From the NCBI RefSeq assembly GCF_009914755.1, contig NC_060937.1: a stretch of 64,000 nucleotides of DNA. One strand, written 5' to 3'. Position 1 is the stretch's first letter, and each line of letters opens with the position of its first letter. Under the pieces are notes generated by a model, which saw nothing but the letters and a program-made list of their open reading frames with translations, searched no databases and had not been told where the DNA came from. This document shows, one piece after another, positions 61,491 to 64,000 of the stretch. The stretch is from the human T2T-CHM13v2.0 reference genome, Homo sapiens. Position numbers and translations under genes: made by a program.

Positions 61491-64000
61491 AAATATCAAA
61501 GTACCCAAACTATACATTATATACTGTACATAAAATATGAAATTACATCAAATATATATTATAATAGGTACATAAAATATGAAAGTACATCAAATATAAA
61601 TTATATACTGTACATAAAATACCAAAGAACCCCAAATATATATTATATACTGTACATGAAATATCAAAGTTCACAAACTATATATTATATACTGTATATA
61701 AAATATCAAAGTACCCAAGGTATATATTCTATACTGTACAAAAAATATCAAAGTACCCAAAGCATGTATTATATACTGTTCATAAAATATGAAAGTACAT
61801 CAAATATATATTTTATTCTGTACATAAAATATCAAAGCACGCCAAATATATATTCTATAGTGTACATTAAATATCAAAGTATCCAAACTATACATTATAT
61901 ACTGTACATAATATATGAAATTACATCAAATATATATTATATTAGGTACATAAAATATGAAAGTACGTCAAATATAGATTATATACTCTACATAAAATAC
62001 CAAAGTACCCCAAATACATATTATATACTGTACATGAAATATCAAAGTTCACAAACTATATATTATATACTGTACATAAAATATCAAAGTACCAAAAGTA
62101 TATATTCTATACTGTACAAAAAATATCAAAGTACCCAAAGCATGTATTATATACTGTACATAAAATATGAATGTACATCAAATATATATTTTATTCTGTA
62201 CATAAAATATCAAAGTACACCAAATATATATTCTATAGTGTACATAAAATATCAAAGTACCCAAACTATACATTATATACTGCACATAAAATATGAAATT
62301 ACATCAAATATATATTATATTAGGTACATAAAATATGAAAGTACATCAAATATATATTATATACTCTACATAAAATACCAAAGTACCCCAAATACATATT
62401 ATATACTGTACATGCAATATCAAAGTTCACACACTATATATTATATACTGTACATAAAATATCAAAGTACCGAAGCTATATATTCTATACTGTACAAAAA
62501 ATATCAAAGTACCCAAAGCATGTATCATATACTGTACATAAAATATGAAAGTACATCAAATATATATTTAATTCTGTACATAAAATATCAAAGTACACCA
62601 AATATATATTCTATAGTGTACATAAAATATCAAAGTACCCAAACTATACATTATATACTGTACATAAAATATGAAATTACATCAAATATATATTACATTA
62701 GGTACATAAAATATGAAAGTACATCAAATATAGATTATATACTGTACATAAAATACCAAAGTACCCCAAATACATATTATATACTGTACATGCAATATCA
62801 AAGTTCACAAACTATATATTATATACTGTACATAAAATATCAAAGTACCCAAGGTATATATTCTATACTCTACAAAAAATATAAAACTACGCAAAGCATG
62901 TATTATATACTGTACATAAAATATGAAAGTACATCAAATATATATTTTATTCTGTACATAATATATCAAAGTACACCAAATATATATTCTATAGTGTACA
63001 TAAAATATCAAAGTACCCAAACCATACATTATATCCTGTACATAAAATATGAAATTACATCAAATATATATTATAATAGGTACATAAAATATGAAAGTAC
63101 ATCAAATATAAATTATATACTGTACATAAAATACCAAAGAACCCCAAATATATATTATATACTGTACATGAAATATCAAAGTTCACAAACTATATATTAT
63201 ATACTGTATATAAAATATCAAAGTACCCAAGGTATATATTCTATACTGTACAAAAAATATCAAAGTACCCAAAGCATGTATTATATACTGTTCATAAAAT
63301 ATGAAAGTACATCAAATATATATTTTATTCTGTACATAAAATATCAAAGTACACCAAATATATATTCTATAGTGTACATTAAATATCAAAGTACCCAAAC
63401 TATACATTATATACTGTACATAAAATATGAAATTACATCAAATATATATTATATTAGGTACATAAAATATGAAAGTACATCAAATATAGATTATATACTG
63501 TACATAAAATATCAAAGTACCCCAAATACATATTATATACTGTACATGAAATATCAAAGTTCACAAACTATATATTATATACTGTACATAAAATATCAAA
63601 GTACCAAAAGTATATATTCTATACTGTACAAAAAATATCAAAGTACCCAAAGCATGTATTATATACTGTACATAAAATATGAAAGTACATCAAATATATA
63701 TTTTATTCTGTACATAAAATATCAAAGTACACCAAATATATATTCTATAGTGTACATAAAATATCAAAGTACCCCAAATATACATTATATTCTGTACATA
63801 AAATATGATATTACATCAAATATATATTATATTAGGTACATAAAATATGAAAGTGCATCAAATATATATTATATACTCTACATAAAATACCAAAGTACCC
63901 CAAATACATATTATATACTGTACATGCAATATCAAAGTTCACACACTATATATTATATACTGTACATAAAATATCAAAGTACCGAAGCTATATATTCTAT
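61490..64000 (+). repeat. Diverged 1512-bp (4-unit) periodicity
   Basis: cgaagcta at 62471 and 63983 (+1512). accaaaagta, cacacactat, ctgttcata, gtacattaaa and taatagg also recur at +1512, with several private SNVs between copies. Confidence 0.8.

Larger units (their letters stand above)
1..64000 (+). repeat. Human Satellite 1A (HSat1A / classical satellite I / SAR) tandem array, 42-bp monomer
   Basis: Consensus approx. ATACTGTACATAAAATATCAAAGTACCCAAACTATATATTAT (42 bp; 20A/13T/7C/2G) repeats without interruption. Two GTAC sites per monomer are 17 and 25 bp apart, matching the ACATAAAATAT(C/G)AAAGT + 25-mer description of satellite I. The array runs off both ends of the window. Chromosome not determinable by eye (known arrays: chr3, chr4, acrocentric short arms). 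Confidence 0.96.
1..64000 (+). repeat. 378-bp (9 x 42 bp) higher-order repeat unit
   Basis: Nine distinguishable monomers recur in fixed order (labels used below): A aaagcatgta, B gaaagtacatcaaatatatattttattc, C caccaaatatatattctatagtg, D cccaaactatacatt, E gaaattacatc..attagg, F atagatt/ataaatt, G taccaaagtacccc..tacatg, H agttcacaaac, I aaggtatatattc..tacaaaaaa. AGCATG starts at ORF 48 and 426 are 378 bp apart. Confidence 0.96.

Noticed and set aside
1-64000. CRISPR-like repeat/spacer array
   Set aside because: The variable parts are homologous, cycle every nine monomers and are not unique spacers. There are no cas genes or leader.
1-64000. Alpha satellite/CENP-B boxes, HSat2/3 or HSat1B
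   Set aside because: No 171-bp period, no CENP-B box, no CATTC repeats, and no Alu-derived segment or 2.4-kb unit.
1-64000. TATA boxes/promoters and hairpin terminators
   Set aside because: TATA-like words and short palindromes (TGTACA, GTATA-n5-TATAC) are intrinsic to the AT-rich monomer. Stems are only ~5 bp and nothing marks any one copy as functional.
1-64000. Embedded transposon, unique-sequence island or inversion
   Set aside because: None seen on reading through; every segment fits the 42-bp register in the same orientation.
1-64000. AT-rich protist or organelle repeat-protein gene (e.g. Plasmodium-like antigen)
   Set aside because: The monomer sequence, 17/25-bp RsaI pattern and 378-bp unit match primate satellite I, and there is no non-repetitive coding flank.

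Overview
The whole 64 kb window is one uninterrupted, single-orientation AT-rich tandem satellite (~79% AT in the consensus monomer). It matches human/great-ape classical Satellite I (HSat1A, Repbase SAR): a 42-bp monomer cut by two GTAC (RsaI) sites into 17+25 bp parts, arranged as a 9-monomer 378-bp higher-order unit (~1,520 monomers, ~170 units). I see no genes, RNA genes, transposons or CRISPR arrays. The long Tyr/Ile/Lys-rich ORFs are artefacts of a 14-codon monomer with one stop-free frame. The informative content is the multi-level repeat architecture: (i) 1-31158, a near-perfect 16,170-bp (385-monomer) tandem duplication of otherwise heterogeneous units; (ii) ~31160-31630, a mosaic junction; (iii) ~31630-57400, a young homogenised expansion tagged by a 1-bp deletion, with 1133/1511/2644-bp periods; (iv) ~57400-64000, a more diverged domain with 1845- and 1512-bp periods. 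The most speculative functional lead is that a + strand transcript would carry about 6 perfect Pumilio elements (UGUACAUA) per 378 bp. All comparisons were made by eye and from the ORF track, so silent differences may have been missed.
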